From the NCBI GenBank assembly GCA_050575255.1, contig JBNZDD010013714.1:5053600-5117599 (forward strand): a stretch of DNA of 64,000 nucleotides. Reading direction: 5' to 3'. The position numbers were made by a program, and so were the translations under genes. This document shows, in pieces, positions 36,099 to 48,200 of this stretch (positions within the stretch are counted from its first letter, which is position 1; each line of letters begins with the position of its first letter). Under the pieces are notes generated by a model. That model was not told the origin of the DNA and made no database searches. It worked only from the letters and a program-made list of their open reading frames with translations. The stretch is from Harriotta raleighana (lineage: Eukaryota).

Positions 36099-39000
36099 GC
36101 ATCTGCATGTATCAGACACCCAGCTGACCACAAAAAATACTATGATAGCATACTGTAACAAATGGAGGGGGGGTGTTTAGAATTTTCAGAAATGTCTGAT
36201 TTTTAGAAACTAACTACACATTCTTTCTTCTCCAATGTATCCCTCATGACTCTGTTTACAAGAGGTCTTCGTGGTCTGCAAACTTCTAAAATATATTTTA
36301 AAATGAAAGCTAGGGCAAAGTATAATTATTTCCTTCTAAAACCAAATGTGAAGGAGCTGTGCCAACACGATTTTTAGAAAACACCTCATTATTGACTGTC
36401 ACTGATGAGTGAAAAAGGCTGCACGCTGAAGTTGTGCTGATAAATATTTGATCCAATGGACATTGGATTGTATCATGTGGTGATTTCTAATGGGATTCCT
36501 TAATAAGGAAACCAAAATTGCATCACACTGACAAGGACGGAACTTGACTATGGTACAATCTCCTTTCGACCAGAATTCCCATGGGACAGCATGACATGTT
36601 TCTGTTTTCCTTATGAAGGTATCCCATTAACAATTGCTGTACTCTATACCCCATTGTATATTTAACACATACGCAAAGAATGCGTCTCAGAAACCATCAA
36701 AACATGCACTGAATAGCACATAAAATGCAAGATTATTTGGGGCGAGGGAGGGCAGAGTGTCTCACAAGATGTCATAGCAGGGTTGATTGTCTGACTTCAG
36801 ACTAATTAGAACCTGTTTAACAACACAGAATCTGTCTAACTGGAATACTCAGCCCTGTTGGGTCCCATTCCACTTCATCAATGGTGTGCAAGATATGAAA
36901 ACCTCTCACTAAAAACAAATAAGTTTAAACCTCCACCCATATAATTATGGGAGGAATCAAATTCAGCAGTGTTATATCCAAGAGATCTGAAACATGACTT
37001 GTGTAATAGCCTTGGGATGTTTGTTTTTCACCCTATGAGTTATTAGAACAGTTTGCTTACGCAATAGGTACGCAATTGTTCATGAGAAGAAACATTTATT
37101 TCACCTTCAATCTTCGAAGCAGACGTGAAAATCCCTTCCTAATAATATCTATTATCATGGCAGAAACTATTTGAGCATTCACAGCAGACAGTCGAGTCCC
37201 AAGAATCTATGCACTTCTCCTTATCGGTGGCACCATCTCATTTGCATATCCTGCCACAGTGGCTGATAATACGTAGCAGTTGATTAATGTGTGTTGATGT
37301 ACAGATACCTGGCATAAACATTTGACTTTTTGATCAATATCGCCTAAGGAAAGTGTCTTTCACTGGGTGTGCTAAAAAAGAAAAAGGCTTGTGATTAATG
37401 TAAGTAAATGCTTAGGGTCAGTCAACGCTACAATTTCTGCTCCTGATTCAATACCAGAATAAGGAGAGGTCAAACCGGTATAGATAAATCATCCAGAATT
37501 TATTCCAGGTGCATGTTAGTCTTGAAACAATATCTTTGTTTCAAATCACTTTCCTGTCATTGAAGACTGTAGACCCTGCTCTGTCCCTGATTTCTGCATT
37601 CTCTGCACATTCTTACTCTTAATCAAGTTTTTTTTCTACATCCTCACATCTTTATAATTTCGGTACTTTAACCTATCTTATTTTCTATAATTTGGGTCAG
37701 TTCGGTTTAAAAACAATTCAGTTCAATTTTCAAACACATTTGAACTGATTTGAATTGATTTTTATAGGTCTTTAATCTATTAAGAGAAATCTGATGAAGG
37801 AGCTAGTTCAATAAAGGCCATCTAGAAATGCAACTAGGGTCAAAAGAACAGAGCTGGTCAATATGTATTTATAATATATCCCATGAAAGGTGCATTTAGT
37901 GGTGCATTTTAATCTAATAAATACATTTTACCGCTCAGAATCATAGCCTAAGTAGTGATAACACATGGGAGTAGCATTGAAGAGATACAAATAATCATGG
38001 GAGTATTCTGTACTTAGTCCCTTTATATTCTCCCCAAAGCCTACAGTTTGAGTGGTCAAAAAGATCTGATGTGTAACTGCCCTTCAGATAGAATATAGGT
38101 GTTATTCAACCAGTGGTTATATTTTGATAAGACATGGGTTGGGCCCTCATTTTTTGAAAGGCCTAACAAGTGAAGGTGTTAATAGATATTTTGTGCCTAC
38201 AGCCTAGTCTGAACCAAGAGACTTCTGATGTGTAGTGATCCATGTCAAAGAACTTTGCCAACACAAACTCAGTTGCCTCAGATCCTTTTTCTTAGAACGT
38301 GCAATTAGCTCAAAAATGTCACCTCTTGTTTTATTATTTGGAAGAAAACTCACTGAAAACATGGTAACACGTATCTATTGGAATATGGATACTGTCAATC
38401 ATTTGTGAACCACAGAACAAACATGGGTGATTCAAGTAAAAAACAATATTCATCATAATATTTATTTATATAGCAAGATTTTTCTGGTATAGTAAACCTC
38501 AGAAAATTAGATTCTCAAAGAATGGAACATAAAGAAATAAGTCAATCTTAATACTTTTGAGCCGTCCTTACCATGCACTATTCCTTGGTTAGAAGGAGCA
38601 AATTGTAGCCAGCAAATGTGGAAGGGTAGAGAAAGGTTGACTTACAAACTGATTTAATTCCCTTAAAGAAACGTTTCCCCTCTTTTGATCAACAGTCTTC
38701 CCTGATACACAGAACCCAGTCCATTCAGTGCCACGCCAGTGGTTCAAATTATTTTGTTAAAACCTCACCAGCAATCATTAGAAACTTGCCCTATGAAGAA
38801 TGATAAAAGAAAGCCCCTGCTCCTTGATGCACTGTGTCCATATGCTGCACTACTACTACTGATGAGTTGCTTTAAATAGATCAAATTCCATCATAACTTT
38901 GAACAGTGTGCAGACATGAATCGGGTTTGTGAAGTCTAAAACTTGGATGATTTCAAATGGGATTCTTTAGCTAAGAAAAACGCTCCAAGGCAATCTATTT

Positions 39001-39559
39001 TTTGAGCAGAGTTCCTGGGAATCAGCGTGACGTACTTCCGATTACCAGGCGTCCCCCATTAGGATCACTTTGCAAATCCCATTGCACTTAAGACCTCATA
39101 CGTTTTGTGCTCATTCTAAAGTTTACATAGATACAAGTATATATTCCAAATCAAATTAGACACAGATGACTCGGTTGTACTCTGCACCCACAAGCCTTGC
39201 AAAGATGTTTGAAAAGAATTTAAGTAACAACATGGCTAAAATTTCACAGCGGTTGAATGTAAATGTGACACTAAATACACACAGAAAACCAAATCATTTC
39301 TAATAGGATCCAATCAACACCATGCTAGCGTCCATTCATTCTCTCTTTAAGTGGAAATGGCAATTCAAAGACATTTTAAGATTACATTCAGATAATATTT
39401 TTTTCTTTAAAATCACACATATCCATTTTAAACAGCAAATTTTCTTTGGTTGTATTTGCCATTGGCTTGAACAGCCAGCTCCAACCCTGTTCAGTGTTCA
39501 AACCAGCCTAACTTTGACTATGGAAGGACTGATTTCTGGACGCTATACTGTGGGCACTA

Positions 39560-39683
39560 TGAAGGATGTAATAGAGTATTGCTTTATCAATGTATACATT
39601 TGCGCACAGCATCATCCCACAAACAGCCACAAAGTGAATGACCAATTTTATCTGAAGGGTTGTTGGCCAAGACACGAGAAGAA
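39560..39683 (-). mobile_element. DeuSINE fragment
   Basis: ATTTGCGCACAGCATCATCCCACAAACAGC...TGACC...TTGGCCAAGACAC is the reverse complement of the Deu domain. Confidence 0.65.
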
Positions 39684-39925
39684 TCTACACACTGAAATGC
39701 AGCATTACTGAATAATCATAGTGATTAGTGTAAGCGCAGGTTGTGTTATACTTTTACACCATCAATCATGGCTTTAGATCCATGGACTATTTTAAGAGCC
39801 ATTCAAAAACACAGTAACTAATGAATAACTTTTATGATGAAAATCAATAAATAAAAGAAACAATTTTCACTTGAATTTACCATTTTACAAAACAAATTTG
39901 CCAATTTAGTTTTCAATATCCATGT

Positions 39926-40040
39926 TAGAATCATAGAACTGTAGAAATTTATGGCATAGAAGAAGGCCATTTGGCCGATCATGTCCTTGCCAGCCTCCTC
40001 GAGAACAATCCTTTTATTCCCATTTGATTGCCCTGTCTCC
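39926..40040 (-). mobile_element. CR1 3' UTR fragment
   Basis: TAGAATCATAGAA...AGAAGGCCATTTGGCCGATC is the reverse complement of the CR1 tail. Confidence 0.75.
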
Positions 40041-40198
40041 ATTACCCAGTATGATATTGATGTGCACTCGAAAACTTGCCTTCCTGCACTGCAGGTTCTG
40101 GGAATGCTCGTACAATGAGATGCAGGCAGAGGTAAACTGGTTCTGGAAACGTGCATTCATCACATATTGATCTCAAATAAATCCCTATCTTCATCAAA

Positions 40199-40348
40199 TG
40201 TATTTGGTACCAGGAAGCTTTAATGTTAAATTTCCCAGCCATTTCCTCAAACACATACAATTTTCTCCNCCAAGGAGGTGTATTTGGTACCAGGAAGCTT
40301 TTAATGTTAAATTTCCCAGCCATTTCCTCAAACACATACAATTTTCTC
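40199..40348. other. Assembly join (N at 40269) with ~70-bp duplicated flanks
   Basis: TGTATTTGGTACCAGGAAGC...TTTTCTCC on both sides of the N, differing by one T. Confidence 0.85.
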
Positions 40349-41844
40349 CTATTTTTGGACGGAATAGATAAACCGTGAAACATTTTATTTTATTGATAAG
40401 GCCAGCTATATAAATGAAAGTTGTTGTTGTTGATAAAAACTGTCTCTGATGGTCTACAAGCATTTTACAAGACATGCTTTCAGGGTCAAAAGACAATTCT
40501 GTAAGTAAACATGTTTTACAAAAATAAGGCATTCCCTGTGAAAATTATCTTCGCTCTGCAATGTAGTTTGAATTGCTACCAATCCAAGGAATTCAACATT
40601 TGGCAGAAAAGATAATCTGCAGTGATCACTGATGCAAGTAAAGATACGATATCATAGAATATCTAATATACTGTACTTGGATCTGTGTCCCAGAGAGTCA
40701 AAAATATGAGAGTGAAATTGACACACATTAAATTTCTGTTATGCAGTATAGATGAATTAACCCGCTTGTTGCTCCAGTATGAACAAACAATCATGTCTGG
40801 AATGTAGACCTATTACGTATAGTTACAGTGTCACCAAATTATTAAAATGCAATTGTTCATTTACCACCATTGACAAGTTGAGCCATCTTACTAAGCACAA
40901 GATGTAATAATGCAAATTAAACAGTTTAACAACTGGAAACAAACCACTTGACCTTTATTAATGAGTGTGACTTAGTTTTTGCTTGTGGTAGATGTAGGAA
41001 AATGATATTCAAAACCACACATATCATGTAAGCATTACTTCAGGGGGAACCAAGTTTCCTATAATAGTGAAACAATTCATTGGAACAAATGATAGGCCCC
41101 CAAACCCCAGGCACCTAGACCCAGTGGGAATTGAAAGAGCTTAAATCATTTTAAAAAGGAACTATCGGGTTTAATTTGCAGTTTTCCTTAACTGCATTCC
41201 TTAGTAAGAAATTTGAGTCTCACAAATCAACGTTTGTTTTAGCATTGTGATGAGGAAGCAGAATATGTTAAGCAGGCAGGCAAGCCCAGTCTGAAGGGGT
41301 TGGTGAAGTGATTCTATTGAAAGAACCAGCGAATACATAAAAAATACAGTGCAATAGATAAGGCTGATTGGAAGCTGTGGAACCATTTACAAACAGTAAA
41401 TGTCAGACCAATATGCAAAGTACATGACAACCAAAATGCCACATGGTAACAAAAGTGCTACAACAGAGCAAAATCAGCGAGAAAGTGAGAAAGTCAATGG
41501 TAATTGTTCATTTTTCCTTCTCGGACCTTTGGTTACTATTCCTATCGTTGTTTCAAATGAGATACATTTCCTCAAAGAGTCCAAGCCTTTCTTCCATCAT
41601 TGACAACTATTTTGTCAGAGTCTACTGTCCAACCATGGCACAAAAGCACATACCGCCCCTTTGCTGCGTAAATCGTTTGTTAGCTATTCAGGAAAGAATA
41701 AAGTAGTAACTAATTGCAGCTCTATAACAGTTAACAAATGTCAATTATCATATTTAGCGAATCTCTAATTACCATAGTTTCACTTTTCTACAATGGTTAA
41801 CAGTCCAGTTACTTTGTACAGGTATCTGAATTATTATTCTATCC

Positions 41845-42136
41845 AACTCACATGAGAATAAAATTAAGCTAAGACAGTTAGAGCTACGTCAGGAAGCATT
41901 TCTTTACACAGAGGTTTGTGAAGATTGGATTGCTCTGCCCCCAGAAAGCTTTAAAGGTGGAATTGATGAGTGTATTTAAAAGGGAGACAGTATGATGTTT
42001 GGATAGTAGTGGTATTAAAGGGTTTGACAAAAAGGCAGGCATTGGGATTAAAAGATCTACCAAAATCTAAAATAGGAGAAACAAATTCAATGGGCTGAAT
42101 GGCCTCTTCTGTTCTTATTTTCCTATGGTCCTATGA
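41845..42136 (+). mobile_element. Decayed CR1 3' fragment
   Basis: CAGGAAGCATTTCTTTACACAGAGG (RKHFFTQR motif); ATGGGCTGAATGGCCTC; CCTATGGTCCTATG tail. Confidence 0.8.
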
Positions 42137-42769
42137 GTTTGTTGGAATGCTGACAAAAAGCTATGGGTGCTGTTCGGATCAGCAGAACTGTTTGCCTAGT
42201 CACATCCTGAGAATTATTTTCATAACTGGAGATTCACGTGTCACTGACAGAATACATTGCAAATTTTCCAAACGCATCACATTCTCCACTCTGCTGTTCA
42301 TAGACTTCCATGTAACTATAAAGTAATAGCTCACCCCAGTCAAACCAGACTGCAGTATGTTCTGATGTGTCTTGGAAGATGACAAATATATCATAAAGAC
42401 TGATCTGAAAAACGATCATCAATTTCTCATGAGTTGTTAATCTTTCAGAAGCTGTCACACTTGAACACTTAATATGGTGACATATTTTGTGCAGTTCATC
42501 TTCAAACTGAAAAAACGTCATAGACAGAGAGGCATTACGGACAAAGTAATATCTACTATCAACCCCAATCTTCCAAGCTTTTGCAAGTACCATCTGACAC
42601 CATGTCGCACATTAAAGGACAATGACAAAATCCTGGTGGGTCCATTCAGCAAAGTTAATAAAATGAGTATCATATCTAAAATAAATCCCTCTCTAATCAG
42701 GGATGGGGGAAGCAAGGCAACCTTGGGAGTTAACTAGCATTGAGGAACTAGATATGACAAAGCTCACAA

Positions 42770-42980
42770 TATAGAATCATAGAATAATACACAACGGAAG
42801 GAGTCCAGTCAGCCCCCAAAACTCAGTGGTATTGTCGAGAGTTTACCAGCCAGTCTCAGTTGTCAAGGAGGCTTGAAAGTGCAGACATGCAGGGATACAG
42901 GGATAAGAGAGGTAAATGGGACTGAACAGATTGCTCTTTCAATGAGTCAGCACCGACCTGTAAATATCTATGGTTCTATG
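42770..42980. mobile_element. Two CR1 3' fragments in opposite orientation
   Basis: ATAGAATCATAGAA (minus tail) at the left; GCAGGGATACAGGG...ATCTATGGTTCTATG (plus tail) at the right. Confidence 0.6.
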
Positions 42981-44807
42981 GATACATTTTAAGTGCAGTA
43001 TCCACATTGAATCTAGCCTAGTCGGTCTTTGAAATCCCTTTCCACAATTTTATTCTTCGACACATTTACTAGTCATGAAAAACTTTTTTAAAGTTATTGA
43101 AGATGTTAAGTTTATACATTAATACCATAAGAAATTAACTACTGTATCTTTGAATCTTAACCTCCCTCCAGCAAAGACCATTTTTATGGTTGTCATGACT
43201 GTATAATGTTGATTTATCCTGGTTCCTGGAATGTATTACCACAGGCTTTCAATTCAGCCTCCACTGTAAAACAGTTTAAGAACCATTTCAGTTCTAAAGT
43301 CCTACTATATTCAGCCCTGGGATCATGTGTACTTTGGGTTGTGATGGTAAAACCAGAATGTGATTCCCCAGAGCCTCAAAATCCAATGAGCAATCTGATG
43401 AAATGGCACATCTTAAATTATGTGCTCGAGAAGAATAGCTTGTTCATCTGAACTGCCCCTCTTGAGTTCTCTCTGAAAATTAAACAATTGGCCAATTTGA
43501 CTTCATAGTAGAGTGTGACCACAGACTGGATACATAACTAGTATAGCTGGGTTTACCTTCAGTGGAGGCTACTTTTACAACAACAACTGAAAATTTGGAG
43601 GTACACATTGTGAACAATTTCATCTGCTGATTTGTTGTGTGGACTTTTCATGGGTTAAATCTGAGGGAGATGTGCATCAGGCATTTCTCCCAGACTAATG
43701 AAGACCTCCTGTTTCCCAGCCCTAAATAAAAGCAAAGAAGAAGTGAGAGAGTTTTACTTCCAAACCTGACAAGAGTAAATAAACTCTCCTTTCTTTATTC
43801 TTCCCCAGTTGATGTAATTGTGCTTCAAGTTCGAATTTCCATCCCGGGAATTTGAACTGATGATGTTTGTATTGCTCTTGATTTGTACAAAAGAATGCAC
43901 AGGATTGTCGTAGGACTCCAGACACATTGTAAAGGACTTTTTAATCTCTCTGTTTTATTGTTCTTTGTATGTGTTTTATGACATTGGGAGAAGTATTTTA
44001 AATTAGCACCATGGCTCATGGACATATATAAAAATCTAGGCTTAGTACTTCTGAAAATTTGGATATAGCTTTCAGGGATTTAATTTATAAAAGCATTGTT
44101 TGGGTCAAAACATAAACAGTGTTTTGTGAATTCAAAGTATCTGCAAACCTGCACCAGGACAATGCATCCCCTAGACATCTAAGTAGATTAATGTGGAGGT
44201 TTCTACTTACTATCATAAAGCTTGTTTACAGAAACAAAACCAAGCCACTCAACAGGGCACCACTCGAATGGATTCTACTACAGGTTTGAGTTCTTTTCTG
44301 TTTATTTAACAGCTGAGCTTGAACTTAGACTGGCCCACAGAGACACATCATAAAGCACACATCCCTTTTGGCCTTGATATGCATGGTCTACTTCAAAGAG
44401 GAACTTCACACCATCGATTGACTAAATCTGTTGGTTCAAACTCCAAATTCATCCTGGAGTCCAGCTGTGTTGCATTAATTCAAGATTTTCCAAGTTCAAT
44501 TCCAGATTCACTCTTTAATTCAAAACAGGGTGCAAATCATAATTCAGAGACACACAGACAAAACCCCTTTATGAGATTAACAATATACGGTGATGACTCA
44601 AATCTTCACAAGATTTACTGAAAAGTGTAGTGATTCTATATTTATTTCATTTTCTCAACTCAAAAACATCAACTTTTGAAAATGCTTGTGTTAGCTGTAC
44701 ATAGTAACCCTATCTGTAACCCTGGGCATATTTAGTTATGTACAAAAGTTAACATGGCAACTGATCTTAATGTGTTGGAAAAGTAAACTTTTTGAATGAG
44801 CAAACAT

Positions 44808-45258
44808 AATGAATACTAACTTGATACATAGTGCCTTTCATATTGGGAGGATGACTCAAAGCACTTAGGATTTACTGTGAAGTGTAGTGACTACGTATTT
44901 TGTAGATGAATGCAGCAGCCAATTTGCACACAAATAGCCAATCTCTGCCTCTATGATTTGGAACTCCATCTAAAAGACCCACCTCTCTGCCCTCCCTCAA
45001 CCCAATCCTGCCCCCACCCACCATGCTCAGATGATAAGCCTGACCGTTCAGCGCTTTGGGATGTCATCCTGACATGAAAGGCGCTCAATAAATGTAATGT
45101 TGTTATTTAACATCTCAACCGAAGGATGGCATCTTCAACAATCACACACCCCACCTCCCAATATTGCATTGGAGAGTCATTTTAGACTGTAATCCTGATA
45201 TGAGGCTTGAACACACAACCTTCTGAATCAGAAGTAAGAGTGTACCAACGGAGCCAGG
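44808..45258 (-). mobile_element. Old SacSINE1-like DeuSINE, middle replaced by a plus-strand L2 3' end (about 44945-45104)
   Basis: Tail plus GCAGCCAATTTGCACAC (to ~44935); head TTTAACATCTCAACCGAAGG...CAACCTTCTGAATCAGAAG...ACCAACGGAGCCA; L2 tail GCGCTTTGGGATGTC...GAAAGGCGCTCAATAAATGTAATGTTGTT between them. Confidence 0.7.
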
Positions 45259-48200
45259 CGAATACCAGACACAGAACAACATGCTTTGTTTTATGAAAGG
45301 ATATTCTTTTGGTTTAAAAGAAAATGAGACAAAGACATCAACACATCAAGGGCCTCGTCTAGAAAGTACGTTGTCTTGGTAACCCTTCTCCTCATTCCCA
45401 TAGCCTGGTTTAATGTTACTTAGGTCACCTGTTTAGTGGTCTGCCATTTATGTACATGAACACGGCAAAGTATTTATCTCCCATCTTTCATCTTGCCTGC
45501 AGATTTGAAGTGTGGTTAGTAACATAGAGTGCAGCAAATCTCTAACAGTAGGGCTTTGCAAGGGCTTAGTTAGCTTACATTACCTTCTTGGATTGCCACT
45601 ATGCCACTACAGGAATTCTGCTACAAAAACAGGGATGGGAAAATACCAATAAATGCTAGTAGGATTTTTTTTAATAAATAAGTATTAGACATGGTCTTTA
45701 ACCAAAAGCAACGCAGGAATTTTGGATTGTCCAAATACTGTAATCAAAATCACTGCAGGAGTGCAGTGCATGTGGGGGTAAGGGGGAGGCACGTATTGCA
45801 AGACAGTGAATAATGCGAACAAATGGACAAATTAATGATTAAGTGATTTTTTTTATATTCTGGGAGCTGTGTCCAGCCTGGCCTCCCAGGTTTATACCAT
45901 CATTCATTGTCAACATTTACCATGAGATTGATTTAATTAAGATTAGGGTAGTAGCAGCAAAGTGGAATGGGTCAGTCTGATTGTACTGATTGTTAGTGCT
46001 GAACACATGGAGCATGTGGCACTCCTGAAGTGTGTTATCACTTGTGTGTGACTTCATTTAAAGAAACATTATTCTTTGTCATAGGTCCACTAAGGCTGTG
46101 TTTTGAATCAAAAGCAAATCAACACAACAAACCTGCTCAAATACTAAAACATCCATAAAAATGTTGCTCTTTCAAACCATTTAAAATGCCCCAAAGCAAA
46201 TTTTCACAGAAAAAAAGATGGAAACCTGTTATTATAGTATTACTGCCATGCTCTTTGATTGACCTTTTAGGCACTTAAATTCTTCAGCAATTTGCAGAAC
46301 ATAAACCCATTTTTCATCACCTGGCGTCCATAGGAATAATGCTCAATAAAATGATTAGGCAGACTATTGAAAATTGGATAAGGAGAAAACAATAGAAAAT
46401 ACGGATACCTCAAGATTATGCCATTAACTCTCGAGCCATTTTGTGAAAGTGTGAAATCAGCAATAAACCTGTTTGCACCATAAGTAAATCATTGAAGGTG
46501 TAAACTTAGAATCATATTGTGTCTGATAAGTAATGATTAGCACTTGAGAAGAAGTAATAAAATATTGAAGGGTTTTCATGATTTACAAACAGACATCTAT
46601 CGCAGTTAAACTTTTTTGAATGTTATTAATTATAAATCTCTGTCAATTTTTTCCTTTCCTCCCCAGAAAGTAGTCAACTCATTTTTCCTTCAACTTGGTG
46701 TACAGTTCTAGGATGAACATGTAAAAGGGAAGGATAAAAATAGGTAGAGAAATTTAAAAAGTAAAATCAAGAAGTATATCCCAGCCTACAAGTTACTTTA
46801 ATATAACAGTAGATATAATGGCCAAACTTGTATGTGCAAGAATACACAATTGTTTGCAATGAAGAAGACACTTCAGCCCATCCAAATTCATCCTTTCAGA
46901 ATGCCATCCCCCTGTTCCTTCTTCAACCACACAACCCATCACAGCTGCTTGTAAACTGAATGAGATTTCAGGTCAGTTTAATCTGTTTGTGTTGCAGGTT
47001 TTAAGGACTTTGATACTTGGTGCCTGTTGAACTGGTCCTTAACGATACCATGGCACTATTCCGTTAAGAAAGGAGTTTATCCAACAAACCATAACCCATT
47101 GGGCCAGTGCAGAACAACAAATGAGGAGAACATCATTTAATGCAGGTGTAACCAGTGTAAAAGTGCCATCAAGCATTAAAAATAATTCTATTTAAATAAA
47201 TAAATGTTTTTCTTAGAGACCAGGGAAATTGCATTTCTGCCACAATCTTTGAATTTACACCTCTGACCCATATTGCTATGGTTAGCAATATGAATATAGT
47301 AGTTACTATAATTGTACTTCCTCATGCTCTTCCCCCACAGATGACACAGGGTCTTTAATGTAGAGCGATTCAGTGCAACTGAAAAGCCCTGGTTTAAGCC
47401 GCATTATCTGATGGCCTTGATAAACTAATGCTAAATCCAGCAACAATGTGTTTTACAAAGTCCCTTTGAACATGAATCAGTTTGTCTGCTGGTCCCAACA
47501 GTTTGGATTAAACATTGGTAGTGTTTGAAAACGCTACAACATTTCAACTGATGTATTTTAATGGCTCCCATTAAACACAGTGCTTCAAAAGTTCACTTTC
47601 AAATAATTACAAAGACCTTTGTGTCAGCACAGACTGGTATGAGTAGGAATCTGAAGATGGATTGCCTTAATTCATCCTGGAAGCTCATCTGCGGCTCTTG
47701 AATAACTGGTTGGAACATCAGAGCAATTGTTTTTTTTAAAAAGTTGGCGCTTTGTTCTATTTCAGATAGAGTTCAATGAAGGAACCATTCAGAATTCATA
47801 ATGTATGTAATTCTGTGTAAGTAATGCTGTGTATAGAATGCTCAGCAGCCTTAGTGCATTTAGTACATAAAAAATATTGAACCACAGGGAAGAACAACAA
47901 TTCTTCCCTGTCCACAACATACAATCAAGATGATAGTCTATCACACCAGTTATTCAAAATCCAAGTCATATGCCTAAACTTATAACAGCATTTCAGTGAC
48001 ATAGGAAGAGGCTATTTTGTGGTTTCTGGAATCATACAATTCTACTCCAAATCAACCCTCCTTTCTGCAATCATCCAACACTGATCACCAAATAGATAGG
48101 AATTTAATTTGAATGAGTTCTTTTCACACTGCACATCTGAGCATTCGACTTTAAGCTATATGAATTTCCCAGGAGGGTTTAATAGTTATCATTGAAATGC

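Noticed and set aside
40199-40348. Real tandem duplication
   Set aside because: Copies flank a single N; typical contig-overlap artefact
45503-45514. Plus-strand 12-nt microexon (CAG|ATTTGAAGTGTG|GTTAGT)
   Set aside because: Weak donor and no supporting context; shows how easily such motifs arise by chance
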